DNA of 43,206 nucleotides from Alphaproteobacteria bacterium (GTDB lineage Bacteria; Pseudomonadota; Alphaproteobacteria; Bin95): NCBI GenBank assembly GCA_965205265.1, contig CBDBGH010000002.1, positions 1 to 43,206 of the forward strand, read 5' to 3'. Shown piece by piece: positions 32,798 to 43,206 of this stretch (position 1 is its first letter; each line of letters starts with the position of its first letter). The notes under the pieces were generated by a model. It saw only the letters and a program-made list of their open reading frames with translations, ran no database searches and was not told where the DNA came from. The position numbers and the translations under genes were made by a program.

Positions 32798-33808
32798 ATG
32801 CGGTTCAGGCATTCATGCATCGCGCTCATGCTGGCTGCCGGCGCGGCGGTTGCCGATCCCATACCGGGATCCACATTCAGGATAGGCAACTGGGAGGGAG
32901 GCGCCTACGGCTCCGAAGGTTCGGGCGCGTTCACGCACTGCGGGATCAGCGCAGGCTACGTGACCGGCGATGTCCTTCACTTCACCGTCAACCGGCAGGC
33001 GACCGTCACGGTTGCCGTGACCAGCCCGGCACTGGCCGGCATCCCGGTGGGCGAGTCGTTCCCGGTGGTGCTTCACGTGGACAGGCGGCCGCCCTTCCAT
33101 GGCAGCGCCACGGTGCTGGCCGATGGGTTCGCGGCGCTGGAGGTCACGGACTTCGACCGTGCGCTGGAGAGCTTCATGCGAGGCTACACACTGACCGTAC
33201 GGGGAGCCGGGCGGGAGGGCCGGTATGACCTGACCGGAACGTTCCGCGCACTCGGGGCCACCATGGACTGCGCAGCCCGCTATTTCGACCATGCACCGAC
33301 CCATACCCAGCCGGACAGGACCGCCGCCTTCCAGCTCGCGACGACCGTTCTCACCGGCCTTGGCATCCGGGACTTCCGGTTCCTGTCACAGGGGGAGCTG
33401 GAGGAGATGGGGCAGCCGGACTCGGTTGCCTGGACCGCACCGGAACACGGGCTGTTCGGCTGGTCGCTGCTGGTGCCACGCAGCCCCGGGCAGTATGGAC
33501 TCAGGGACACCGACCCGGCTGACACTGCCTACCTTGCCCGGAAATGCGGTGGCGACTACGCGACCAGCTCCAGGTCCATCCCGTTGCCGGACGGGAACGC
33601 CGCCCGCGAGCTCCGCCTGATCTGCCAGGAGGAGGGCGGCGCCACCGAACATTTAGTGTCGAAGTTCTTCGCCGGGGACCTTGTCGTGTACAATGCGCTG
33701 ACGTTCGTCGCACCGCGGAGGGACCGGCCTGCCGGGTGGCCTCCTTCGCGGTGGAGCGAGGAGGCCACGCTGAGGGCAGCGGGCTATTTCACCGATGCCG
33801 GCCGCTGA
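32798..33808 (+). CDS. Secreted hypothetical protein (repeat copy)
   Basis: Identical to 4499..5509. Confidence 0.75.
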   Translation: MRFRHSCIALMLAAGAAVADPIPGSTFRIGNWEGGAYGSEGSGAFTHCGISAGYVTGDVLHFTVNRQATVTVAVTSPALAGIPVGESFPVVLHVDRRPPFHGSATVLADGFAALEVTDFDRALESFMRGYTLTVRGAGREGRYDLTGTFRALGATMDCAARYFDHAPTHTQPDRTAAFQLATTVLTGLGIRDFRFLSQGELEEMGQPDSVAWTAPEHGLFGWSLLVPRSPGQYGLRDTDPADTAYLARKCGGDYATSSRSIPLPDGNAARELRLICQEEGGATEHLVSKFFAGDLVVYNALTFVAPRRDRPAGWPPSRWSEEATLRAAGYFTDAGR

Positions 33809-33948
33809 GATGCCCGACCGGGACCGGACAGTTCGCTTTGCCGCCGCCATCGGGAAATGCCGGAAATCCTGTGGGACTTTCGGACCTTTGTTGGGATCAA
33901 CCCAGAAGCCGGCTTGCGCCACATCGGCGCCGGTTCTATGTTATGGTC

Positions 33949-34158
33949 ATGAGCGGCGAGCCGGACATAAATGACCTTGCCCGGCAGGTCGCCGTGCTGG
34001 AGGAGCGCATGAAAACCCGGCAGGCCGAATACGAAAGCGCACTGGACAGGTTCCGGGCGGATATGGCCCAGCGTGACAAGGACAACATGCGCTGGCATGT
34101 TGGTCTGTGGCTCGCGGCGGTTGTCGTATTGGGCTTCCTGATCCGCTGGCCTTTCTGA
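33949..34158 (+). CDS. Small coiled-coil + TM protein, paralog 1 (repeat copy)
   Basis: Identical to 5650..5859. Confidence 0.72.
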   Translation: MSGEPDINDLARQVAVLEERMKTRQAEYESALDRFRADMAQRDKDNMRWHVGLWLAAVVVLGFLIRWPF

Positions 34159-34276
34159 TCGGCGGCTCCGCCACCCAAGGCACGGAAAGGCCCCGGCCCG
34201 CGCCGTGGAACGCCGACTCCCTTGGCATGTCCGGGCCAGACTTTCCGTCGTGTAGCGGCATGCAGTCATCCGTGAC

Positions 34277-34986
34277 ATGAGCAAGGCTGCGTTCATCGGC
34301 TGGGATGTTGGTGGCTGGAACTGCGACCGTAACCAGAAGAGCCGCGACGCTCTGGTCGTGTTGGACTACAAGGAGCAATGCATCGGCCAGCCCTTCTGGG
34401 GCAATCTGCGCGAAACGATCAACGGAGCGGGCTCATCCGCCGATTTCCTCTCCGCGCTGCTGAGGCTTTGCAAAATCGATGTTTCCGCCCCGCCCGAACG
34501 CGTGGTTATCGCGATCGACGCGCCCCTCGGTTTCCCGAAGCCTTCACGCGCCTGGTCACGTGCGGGGAGACAGCTGACCGGATCGGCCAGTCGTCCGCCA
34601 CCAACCCCTACCTGTTCCGTGAGACGGAACGGCGCCTTGCCGGCGAGAAAATGCCGCTCTCGGCCATCAAGGACATGATCGGCAGCCAGAGTACGAAGGC
34701 AATGCATGTCGTCGCACGCTTCGCCCCCACGCCTGAAACGTGCGGGGTATGGACCGATCGTGACCGCCGCCTGACCATCATCGAAACATATCCGGGTCTC
34801 TGCTGCGCACGGCTGCAGGACCCTCATCCAAAAAAAGAGGGCCGCGATGCAGATGTTCGCGACGCCAGGGTTTGTGCCAAAGTGGCTCTCGATTTCACGT
34901 TGTGCCGCGAGCGCCTTGAGGGCCCGCCCGCCAGATCTCCGGAGTCAGAAGGCTGGATCTGGGCTCAGCGACGTAATTCTGGCTAG
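34277..34986 (+). pseudogene. DUF429-like gene, frameshifted (repeat copy)
   Basis: Identical to 5978..6687. Confidence 0.68.
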
Positions 34987-35178
34987 AACCCCGCCAGACG
35001 CCGACCGCGCAGTCCCGGCGGCAGCGCTTCCTTACAGCACCTTCCCGACCTTGAAAATGGTCTCGAACAGGCTGTCCGAAAAAGGGCGCGCGACAGCGGC
35101 CGGAAAACCTTCGAGAATCAGCGCATGGAATCGGGCTGGCCGATCGGCTACGCTGGGGGCCGGGAGAGGGATTCCGAC

Positions 35179-35457
35179 ATGCACGTCGAGGTCGCGGACA
35201 GGAAGGAGGAGATCGCTGGGATCTGCCGCCGCCACAGGGTGTCGCTCCTCGAGGTGTTCGGGTCGGCCGCCAGGGGCGCCGACTTCGATCCCGAAAGGAG
35301 CGATGTGGACTTCCTGGTGGAGTTCGAGCCGCCGACCCTGCCGGGGCTCTTCAGGCGGCGCATGGGCCTGGTCAGGGACCTCCGGACAGCCCTGGACAGG
35401 GAGGTGGACATGATCAGGATGGGCTCGGTCGACAAAAGGTATCTGGGGTCTGAGTAG
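35179..35457 (+). pseudogene. Truncated MNT (repeat copy)
   Basis: Identical to 6880..7158. Confidence 0.72.
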
Positions 35458-35896
35458 CAACGGAACAGAAAACCTACATAAGGATTTCAGGACTCGTCAC
35501 CAGGCACCGCAAACGGCTGGTTCACGGTCGAAGCTGATGAAGATGATGGGGTTTGGAGAGCAACGGGAAAGGCTGACTCCCGAGGCAGCTGCTGAACTTC
35601 TGTGGAAAGAATTCCTCGAACAGGCAGAGGTAACGAGTGGCCGCGGCTGCGTTCAGCAAGCGCTCGAGGAGCTGGACATATGTCCCCACTTCCAGTCCAA
35701 AGTGCAACACCGGCCATTTTCCCCGCCCGGGCGGGGAAGAACGCACCACCGGGTGAAAAAACCTCAGCAGGGCATCTTGTGAGCCTGCCTGAAGTGTTCT
35801 GGATAGAATACCTGCACGACATGGCCGTACGGCTTGTCAGCGCCAAGCCGGAGGATAAATGTTTACATAGTCCATATGATCCCTATATCAGAAGCA

Positions 35897-36106
35897 ATGA
35901 CCGAAACGCCTGACAACCAAGACCTTGCCCGGCAGGTCGCCGTTCTGGAGGAACGCATGAACACGATGCAAGCCAACCTTTCGGCCGCCCTTGAGCGGTT
36001 CCGTGCGGATATGGAACGGCGTGACAAGCTGTTGCTTGGTATCCTTGTGTCGGTCCTTGTCGGGGTCGTGCTCGTCCTGGCCCGCTCATACTTCCCGCCT
36101 GCCTGA
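35897..36106 (+). CDS. Small coiled-coil + TM protein, paralog 2 (repeat copy)
   Basis: Identical to 7598..7807. Confidence 0.72.
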   Translation: MTETPDNQDLARQVAVLEERMNTMQANLSAALERFRADMERRDKLLLGILVSVLVGVVLVLARSYFPPA

Positions 36107-36178
36107 TTCCGAAAAGCAAATCCCCGATTACGTGTCCGAGGCAACGTCCAGCACGATGCGGACACATTGAACGGATCG

Positions 36179-36577
36179 CGCCCGTGGAGGACGGGGCATG
36201 GCGGGTTGCCTTCGCCTTCGACCCAAAGCGCGGGGCGGTTCTTCCGGTGCCAGCGACAGGTCGGGAGGCGGCGGGCGGCGCTTCTACCGCCAACTCGTCC
36301 GCAAGGCCGACGAACGGTTCGACCGGCACCGGAAGAACCGCCCCGCCGACGAAAGGGTAAAGCGATGACGCGGATCGAGGACAGGGCCGCCGGGATGATA
36401 GCCGAGGAAATGACGCTGCGCGAGCTGCGCAGGACGGTGGAGGCGATAGGCGGGAGCCTGTCGCTGACCGCGCGCTTTCCCGCCCGGCGGCCGGTCGAAC
36501 TCTCCGGTGTCGCCGGGCGCGGGATCGACGGGTGGAATCAATCCTGCCCCACTTCCGGTCCGAAGGGCACCGGTTGA
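36179..36577 (+). pseudogene. RelE/XRE TA remnants (repeat copy)
   Basis: Identical to 7880..8278. Confidence 0.62.
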
Positions 36578-37014
36578 ACCAAAAGGAGGGAACATGTTGG
36601 AGCGGCGGCGGATCGAGGACAGTCTCATCTGACGCCCCTGCCCGGTCAGTGCCGCCTTAGGGGGCGCCGCGCCCCGACATTCCTTCCGGCTGGCTCTTCG
36701 ATCGGGGGGTCCTGGACTGGAACAGTTCCCGGACACGCGCGCCCTTCTTCAAGACCTTCCTTCCCTCCAACCGGCGCTGCCGTCCGGGTTCTTGGCGCCC
36801 CGCCGCCTCTCAGCGACCTTTTCTCAAAAACCTCCCCGTCTCCGGCCCGCGGTCCGGTCGGGCGGGGTGCCTCCGCACCGGCGTTTTCCGGGGTTCCAAG
36901 CCGTGGTTTTCCACAGACGTGGGCCCTGTGTTAGATAGTACACCTGTTAAAGTACTGTTACGGGCTGGAAATCAGCATGTATGCCACTGAAATCAAGGGA
37001 TATTATTGACAGCA

Positions 37015-37089
37015 GCGTGGGCAAAGTGACGAAATGGCGTGGGCAAAGTGACGAAATGACCCCATGAATGCGTGGGCAAAGTGACGAAA
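37015..37089 (+). repeat. Iterons (repeat copy)
   Basis: Identical to 8716..8790. Confidence 0.9.
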
Positions 37090-37125
37090 GTTGTTATTTA
37101 CACACGGTTCTGTTATTCGCAGATC

Positions 37126-38385
37126 ATGACAAATCTCGTTCCCCATCGGCACCAGCCGGACCTGTTCGTCGCGGACCTGGCCTCTGTCCCCCTCAAGGAG
37201 CTGGCAGAGCATCTGGAGTTCCCGTTCTTCGGTCTCGCGCCCCAGCCCCACCACGGCATCCGCCGCTTCGAGGATGCCCGGGGCAACTACATCGAACTGC
37301 TTCCAGGGCCATTCGGATTGCCAACAATATTCGACCAGGACATCCTGATCTACTGCATGTCGGTGGCGATGGCCGAGATCCGCAGGGGCCGTCCGGTGCC
37401 GGAAGTGGTGAGAATGTCGGCGGGTGAGCTGCTGCGCTTCGCCAACCGGAGGGTCGGTGGACCGCAGTATGCCGCGGTGGAGGATGGCATCCACCGCCTG
37501 ACGACCCTGACCCTGAAGACGAACCTGCGTGGCGAGGAAACCACCTACAACAGGCTGTTCGGAGTGGTGGACGAGGCGTCCATGGTGCGGCGCCACAACC
37601 GCAGGGACCGTCCGAGTGCGCTGCTGGGGTGCGAGATCGTCCTGTCAGCCTGGATCCGCGAGGCACTGGAGGCGCGGCGGGTGCTTACACTGCATTCCGA
37701 TTACTTCCGGCTGCGGACCCCGCTGGACAGGGCCATCTATCAGGTGGTGCGCAAGCACTGCGGCGAGCAGCCGGAATGGTCCATCGGCCTCCCCAAGCTC
37801 CAGGCCAAGGTCGGATCCGGTAGCGAGCGCCGTGAGTTCCGACGCCAGATAAGGACGGTGACCAACCGCTGGGCCGACCGGGACATGCTCGGCTACAGCA
37901 TCGGGTTCTCCGACGACCGGCTGGTGGCCCGCTACACCGACGGCCCCAGACGCATCCGGGCAGAAATCCAGCCACGCGACCGTCGCCTGACGCCGAAGAC
38001 CCTGGAGACGTTCCGGCGCGAGCATCCGGGCCTTGATCCGGGACACATGGAGACGCTCTGGCGCGGCTGGGCGGCCGGGAAGGCGGAAAGGCCCCGCAAC
38101 GCGCAGGCCGCCTTCCTCGGGTTCTGCCGCCGCTACGTCGGGCTCCGCGCCGAGGGCGACCGCCAGGACCGCGACGGGCCGCGCCCGCAGCTGGGCGAGG
38201 CTGTGCATCCCGAGGCCCTGGAGTGGTGGCGGGGCCTGACACCGGAGCGGCAGCGGCTCGCCGTCGAGGAGTTCCAGATCTGCGGCAGGGGGCTGGACTG
38301 GGCCTTCGCCCGCACCGAGAAGCAGATGATCGAGCGCGCCGCGAGGGACTGGGGCGGCATCGTACGACCCCGCGCGGGCGCGTGA
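37126..38385 (+). CDS. repA: Replication initiator RepA (repeat copy)
   Basis: Identical to 8827..10086. Confidence 0.9.
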   Translation: MTNLVPHRHQPDLFVADLASVPLKELAEHLEFPFFGLAPQPHHGIRRFEDARGNYIELLPGPFGLPTIFDQDILIYCMSVAMAEIRRGRPVPEVVRMSAGELLRFANRRVGGPQYAAVEDGIHRLTTLTLKTNLRGEETTYNRLFGVVDEASMVRRHNRRDRPSALLGCEIVLSAWIREALEARRVLTLHSDYFRLRTPLDRAIYQVVRKHCGEQPEWSIGLPKLQAKVGSGSERREFRRQIRTVTNRWADRDMLGYSIGFSDDRLVARYTDGPRRIRAEIQPRDRRLTPKTLETFRREHPGLDPGHMETLWRGWAAGKAERPRNAQAAFLGFCRRYVGLRAEGDRQDRDGPRPQLGEAVHPEALEWWRGLTPERQRLAVEEFQICGRGLDWAFARTEKQMIERAARDWGGIVRPRAGA

Positions 38386-38402
38386 CTGAAGACGGGGTTG
38401 CC

Positions 38403-38812
38403 ATGCACCTTTCCGATTACGTTGCCGACCGGCATTTCTCTCCCGGCCACATCGCCGCCTGCCTGCGGACCACAGAGAGCGGGATCGCGCAGACGCCCAG
38501 CCTGGGACGTGACGCCTTCTCCCGCGCGTCGCGGGTGCGGGACGGCGGGGCATCAGACATGGCGGACGGTTCAACCCCATCGGCGTTCCCGCTCTCCACA
38601 CATCCTTCAGGGCCGGCACGGCGATGATCGAGGCCAGCCCGCTGGGATGGATGCCCCTTCCAGCCGCAGACCCTCGTGGCCTGCCGTGTGGACACGGGCC
38701 AGCACCCCTCGTCCTATGGGAGTGGGCGGACACGGGCGGGTCAACGGTGACGGTGATCGACGACGACAGCCGACTGCCACGGGACGATGCCAGCTGGTCC
38801 AGAATGGGGTAA
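38403..38812 (+). pseudogene. Xre/RES TA remnants (repeat copy)
   Basis: Identical to 10104..10513. Confidence 0.52.
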
Positions 38813-39040
38813 ACTCCCTGGACAGCTCAACGAGTTGTTTTCTCCGCCATGCCTGGCGGCCAAGACCTTCAGCTTGTTACGCGCCCGAAACCGGTTCCCC
38901 AGGCTCCGCAGTTTCGCGGCCTCTCCCTCCCCGCCAATCATCCACACCCGTCCGGCCCCAGCCTCGACCGGAACACCCGTATGGAATCGGGCTGGCGGAT
39001 CGGCTACGTTGGGTGCCGGGGATGGGAGAGGGATTCCGAC

Positions 39041-39358
39041 ATGCACGCCGAGATCGCGGACAGGAAGGGGAGGATCGCCGGGATCTGCCGCCGCCACCGG
39101 GTGTCGCGCCTTGAGGTGTTCGGGTCGGCGGCCAGGGGCACCGACTTCGATCCCGAAAGGAGCGATGTGGACTTCCTGGTGGAGTTCGAGCCGCCGACCC
39201 TGCCGGGGCTCTTCAGGCGGCGCATGGGTCTGGTCAGGGACCTCCGGACTGCTCTGGACAGGGAGGTGGACGTGATCAGGATGGGCTCGGTCGAAAACAG
39301 GTACCTGCGGGAGGCGATCGACCGGTCGCGCGAGGTGGTGTATGACAGCACGGCGTGA
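39041..39358 (+). CDS. MNT antitoxin (repeat copy)
   Basis: Identical to 10742..11059. Confidence 0.86.
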   Translation: MHAEIADRKGRIAGICRRHRVSRLEVFGSAARGTDFDPERSDVDFLVEFEPPTLPGLFRRRMGLVRDLRTALDREVDVIRMGSVENRYLREAIDRSREVVYDSTA

Positions 39359-39676
39359 CCCCCGGGTATCGATGGCATCGACCTCGCCACCTATGCCGCA
39401 TCCGCCGGGATCCAGGACCAGGTCGAACGGAATTTCATCACCGTTGGCGAAGCGTTGAACCGCCTCCGGCAGGCCTCGCCTGAACTGGCCGGGCGGGTTC
39501 CGGAGGTGGACGACATAATAGGTTTCCGTCACAGACTGGTCCATGGCTACGACCATGTCGACGCGGAGACTGTCTGGGCCGCTGCCCAGGACGAGCTTCC
39601 GGGTCTGCGGCAAGTGGTACGGTCCCTGCTCGCGGAACTCGACCGGACGGCCACAGGACCGCAGGGCAGGGCCTGA
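39342..39676 (+). pseudogene. HEPN/DUF86 toxin remnant (repeat copy)
   Basis: Identical to 11043..11377. Confidence 0.75.
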
Positions 39677-39934
39677 TGGCGACCCTGTCGAGGCTGCCGG
39701 ATGTTCGGGATTCCCCTGTCGGGGCTGGTCGGATTCGGACTCATGCTGGCTCGGGAGTGTTTCCCGCCCGTCCGGCGGCCCCCTGATGGTGTCAGATGGG
39801 AATATGGCCCCGAACCGGCTGTCCGAAAAAGGGGCCGCGACGGCGGCCGGAAAAACCTTGGGGAATCAACGCGTGGATGGTAGCGGTACGGATGACCGGA
39901 AAGGTATGCATTCTTGGACGGATTGCCAGCGAAC

Positions 39935-40546
39935 ATGACCGGCGGAACACGGACCGCGCTCTATCTCCGTGTCTCCACGCCGGACCAGAGGCCGGACCTG
40001 CAGTACGACGGACTGCGCGCCTATGCCGGGCGGGCCGGCCTCCGGATCGTGGGGGAATACTGCGACCTCGCCGTTTCCGGACGCCGGAAGGGCCGGCCGC
40101 AGCTCAGCGCCCTGATGGCCAGCGTCCGCAACCGCGAGGTCGACTGCGTGCTCGTATGGAAATTCGACCGGTTCGCCCGCTCGACGCGGCACCTTCTGGC
40201 GGCCCTTGAGGAGTTCGACCACCTCGGCGTGCGCTTCATCAGCATCCGGGACCAGATCGACACGGCCAGCCCGATGGGCCGGGCCATGTTCACGATCGTC
40301 GCCGCCATGGCGGAGCTGGAGTCCTCGCTGGTCAGCGAACGCGTGAGTGCGGGCATGAAGGCGGCCGCAGCGCGGGGCAGGCGTCTTGGCCGCCCGCCGC
40401 TCGCTCCGGCGCTGGTCGGGGAGATCAGGACGCTGGCCGCATCGACCGACCTCAGCATCCGTGAGATCCACAGGAGGATCGGGAAGAGGGCAAGCCGGGG
40501 CCGGGTAGGCGAGATCACCAGACAGACACGGTCAGGTGGCCGATGA
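39935..40546 (+). CDS. Serine recombinase (repeat copy)
   Basis: Identical to 11636..12247. Confidence 0.92.
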   Translation: MTGGTRTALYLRVSTPDQRPDLQYDGLRAYAGRAGLRIVGEYCDLAVSGRRKGRPQLSALMASVRNREVDCVLVWKFDRFARSTRHLLAALEEFDHLGVRFISIRDQIDTASPMGRAMFTIVAAMAELESSLVSERVSAGMKAAAARGRRLGRPPLAPALVGEIRTLAASTDLSIREIHRRIGKRASRGRVGEITRQTRSGGR

Positions 40547-40628
40547 TCCCCGGGTTTAGCAGGTGTGGGCGGTCCGTCAGCTCTCGGGAAGGCAAAGGTA
40601 CCGACTGCATCATGATAGGGGTCAGTCC

Positions 40629-40794
40629 ATGCCGGTAGTCCTGCGCATCGACGGTCTGCGGTTCCTGTTCTACTCCAACGAAGGCTCCCCGCGGGAGCCA
40701 CCCCACATCCATGTGCTCCAGGGCCAGGATGAAGCCAAGTTCTGGCTTACCCCGGAGGTGTCCCTGGCCTACATGGCATGGGTATTTCTCCTGA
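40629..40794 (+). pseudogene. DUF4160 remnant (repeat copy)
   Basis: Identical to 12330..12495. Confidence 0.7.
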
Positions 40795-41023
40795 AGCCAT
40801 CCGGTTCGATGCCGACTGCATGTGGGTCGACCTCAGCGACGGCCGCACGATCGGCGTGCCGCTGGCGTGGTTCCCGCGCCTGTCCCATGCCTCGCCGGAA
40901 GAGCGCGACGCCTACGAGCTCAGCCGCCGGGGCATCCACTGGCAGGAACTGGACGAGGACATTTCCGTGGACGGCCTTCTGGCCGGGCGCGGGGACCGGA
41001 CGCGGACAGACCACGCGGCCTGA
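40778..41023 (+). CDS. DUF2442 protein (repeat copy)
   Basis: Identical to 12479..12724. Confidence 0.86.
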   Translation: MGISPEAIRFDADCMWVDLSDGRTIGVPLAWFPRLSHASPEERDAYELSRRGIHWQELDEDISVDGLLAGRGDRTRTDHAA

Positions 41024-41231
41024 GCCATCCATATCTGCGGCAGGGGGTTGGACTGGGCCTTCGCCCGCACCGAGAAGCAGATGATCGAGTGCGCCGCGAG
41101 GGACTGGGGCGACATCGTACGACCCCGCGCGGGCGCGTGAGAATGCCGACGGCATGGAACTCCGGGGCCATACACCCGTCGGCAATCATTAGCTTGTTGC
41201 GCCTCGCCCGCGTTTGTTTTACACTGCCACC

Positions 41232-41420
41232 ATGAGCGGAGATTCGGACGTAAATGATCTTGCCCGGCAGGTCGCCGTGCTGGAGGAACGCATGAACACT
41301 TCCTATGAGCGGTTGAGGGCGGACATAGCCCAGCGTGACAAGGACAACATGCGCTGGCATATTGGTTTGTGGCTCGCGGCGGTTGTCGTATTGGGCTTCC
41401 TGATCCGCTGGCCGTTCTGA
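41232..41420 (+). CDS. Small coiled-coil + TM protein, paralog 3 (repeat copy)
   Basis: Identical to 12933..13121. Confidence 0.72.
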   Translation: MSGDSDVNDLARQVAVLEERMNTSYERLRADIAQRDKDNMRWHIGLWLAAVVVLGFLIRWPF

Positions 41421-41499
41421 TCTACGGCACCATTGTTCCGTATTCTATGGCCGTTGGGAACGGCCAACGCCGGATGCGTTCAGGCAGACGGACAGAGCA

Positions 41500-42036
41500 T
41501 TAGTTGCAGGCGTCGGCGTTCGCTTCCAGATATCTTTCAGCGAATACTCGCGTAACGCCCCTGGTCGCAATCTCAAGTTCATAGTGATCTTCCGGTCCCA
41601 TTTGATCTCGATACATACTGTAGGAACGCACCCAGCCCCATTCCTCCGCTATGGGATCATAGAAATATTTCCAGAACTCGAAATCCACGTAATAGCTAGT
41701 CTTCTCAGGGAAGCCGAGCATTGCGGAATTCCACGCCGTCCAGGGTCTGACCACAAGGCGCGGACGGCCCTTCGGAGGAGGAGATTCCCCACCGTATACC
41801 CCCGCTTCCAGCAACTCGTCACGCACCAATGCCCGCACTTCAGCAAATATCCAGTCGGGCGTCTCGAAGACGGCTTTCCCCGGTTCCCTTAGAAGAGCCT
41901 GTTCATAATACTCCCTCTTCTCAAAAAACACATGAACCGGCTTGCAGTCGTTCCAGAGTTCGATGTCTTTCGCATCTGCAGGGCCTGCCAGCGTGGCGGC
42001 AGCTATAGCGGGAATGGCGATCAGGCGGGTAGGCAT
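41500..42036 (-). CDS. Secreted hypothetical protein (repeat copy)
   Basis: Identical to 13201..13737. Confidence 0.68.
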   Translation of the reverse strand: MPTRLIAIPAIAAATLAGPADAKDIELWNDCKPVHVFFEKREYYEQALLREPGKAVFETPDWIFAEVRALVRDELLEAGVYGGESPPPKGRPRLVVRPWTAWNSAMLGFPEKTSYYVDFEFWKYFYDPIAEEWGWVRSYSMYRDQMGPEDHYELEIATRGVTRVFAERYLEANADACN

Positions 42037-42271
42037 GACTTCCCCATGCCATTTCTCGACCTGTACCGCAAACATGGATGCTCGCGCCGGAACGTCTCCA
42101 GTGTCTTCGGCGTCAGGCGGCGGTCGCGTGGCTGGAAGGTCTTTGGAGATGCGGCGTGGCCCGCTGGCATAGCGGGTCACCAACTGGTCCGCTCCATCCC
42201 GTAAACGCCAATCGACAGCTTGATGTAGCGGCCCAAGATCATCGGCGGCTCGGCGCGAGATCATCGCCATT

Positions 42272-43206
42272 TTGGGACCACATTGTCTCATAAGTTTGGT
42301 CAAGCCGAAGGATGTTCTTCAGGAGTTTTGCGGCAAACGACAGGGTTTGTATCTGGATTTCTTCGGAGAGAGACCCGGTGTGCGAACGGGGAAGAAACTC
42401 AAATGGGAGGACGAGGACAAAAACTCGCACGAGCTCGACTTCGTAATCGAAAAGGACGGTTCAAGGACAGAACAGGGCCAGCCTGTCGCTTTCATTGAGG
42501 TGGCGTGGCGAAGATACACCAAGCATTCCCGGAACAAGGCGCAGGAAATCCAAGGTGCTGTCCTTCCCCTCGCGGCAAAATACCGATGGGACAAACCGTT
42601 CCTTGGTGTCGTCTTGGCCGGCGGCAGGGTCAGGCTGAACACGGCGAAGGTCGCCGAAGCGGCGCGCTGGGACGGATTGCGCGGGATCACGGCATGGGGC
42701 TGCGATGACGCCGATCCGAGGGATCTCGTGATTCAGTACCGCCGACTCCGGGAAATCGAGGCCTGTTTCCGCGCGAACAGACACGATCCCGGAATCCGCC
42801 CGGTGTTTCACTGGAAGCCCCGAAGGGTGAAGGCGCATATCGCGGTCCGCTACATGGCATTCCGCTGTCTGCAGCATCTGCGCCGACGCCTCGGAGCGCG
42901 GGGGCATCCGATGAGCCCGGACCGCATCGGACGGGCCCTGGCCGAGCTTCGGTTCAGCATCCTCGGCCGCTCAGGCGGCCCCGGCAGATTCGGCGTCCCG
43001 CACAGGGCCGCGCCGGACGCGGAGGAGATTTACCGGACCCTGGGCCTGAAATGGACCCGGCGTCCGTTCGTCATCGAGCCGCCGGACGCGCCCGGCGCGG
43101 ACAGGGAAGAAACGACGGCGCGGAGCGGCTGAAGCGGGCTCCGGCGGCCCGGAAAACACTGAAAAATGTAGTGCCCTTTTCGGGCAGGCGAGTCAATGTA
43201 CACAGG
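42272..43206 (+). pseudogene. Endonuclease-fragment/IS1634-remnant chimera (repeat copy)
   Basis: Identical to 13973..14907. Confidence 0.65.

Larger units (their letters stand above)
28300..43206. repeat. Second copy of 1-14907
   Basis: Same sequence at offset +28,299. The DUF6118-like gene runs intact across the 28299/28300 join, as expected for a circle. Confidence 0.97.

Overview
The window is about 1.5 copies of a 28,299-bp unit: positions 1-14907 recur at 28300-43206 with identical ORF translations. It is best read as a small circular, mobilizable alphaproteobacterial (Rhodobacterales-like) plasmid that was over-assembled or multimerised. The backbone has RepA with three 20-bp iterons and a DnaA box, a short ParA with a small partner and a 33-bp palindromic site, a MOBQ/TraA relaxase-helicase with oriT, MobC/TraD-like and DUF6118-like genes, and a serine resolvase. 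No T4SS is present. Much of the rest is debris: four or five toxin-antitoxin modules with broken toxins, IS1634, IS4 and Tn3 fragments, a portal-like fragment and short internal duplications. A 4.3-kb Tn3-family transposon with 44-bp GGCC-ended inverted repeats is also present. The main intact cargo is a lower-GC RiPP operon (about 23.6-27.8 kb): a consensus sigma70 promoter, a 41-aa precursor ending R-STSSSSTCCCSCS-R (13 contiguous Ser/Thr/Cys), a terminator hairpin, an RRE-like/YcaO cyclodehydratase, a SagB-type dehydrogenase, an HExxH metallopeptidase and a truncated fifth gene. This is a candidate new poly-azole peptide system. A second candidate system is a minus-strand structured RNA with three GNRA tetraloops that converges on a toxin-like gene. 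All family assignments come from recognised motifs, not database searches.
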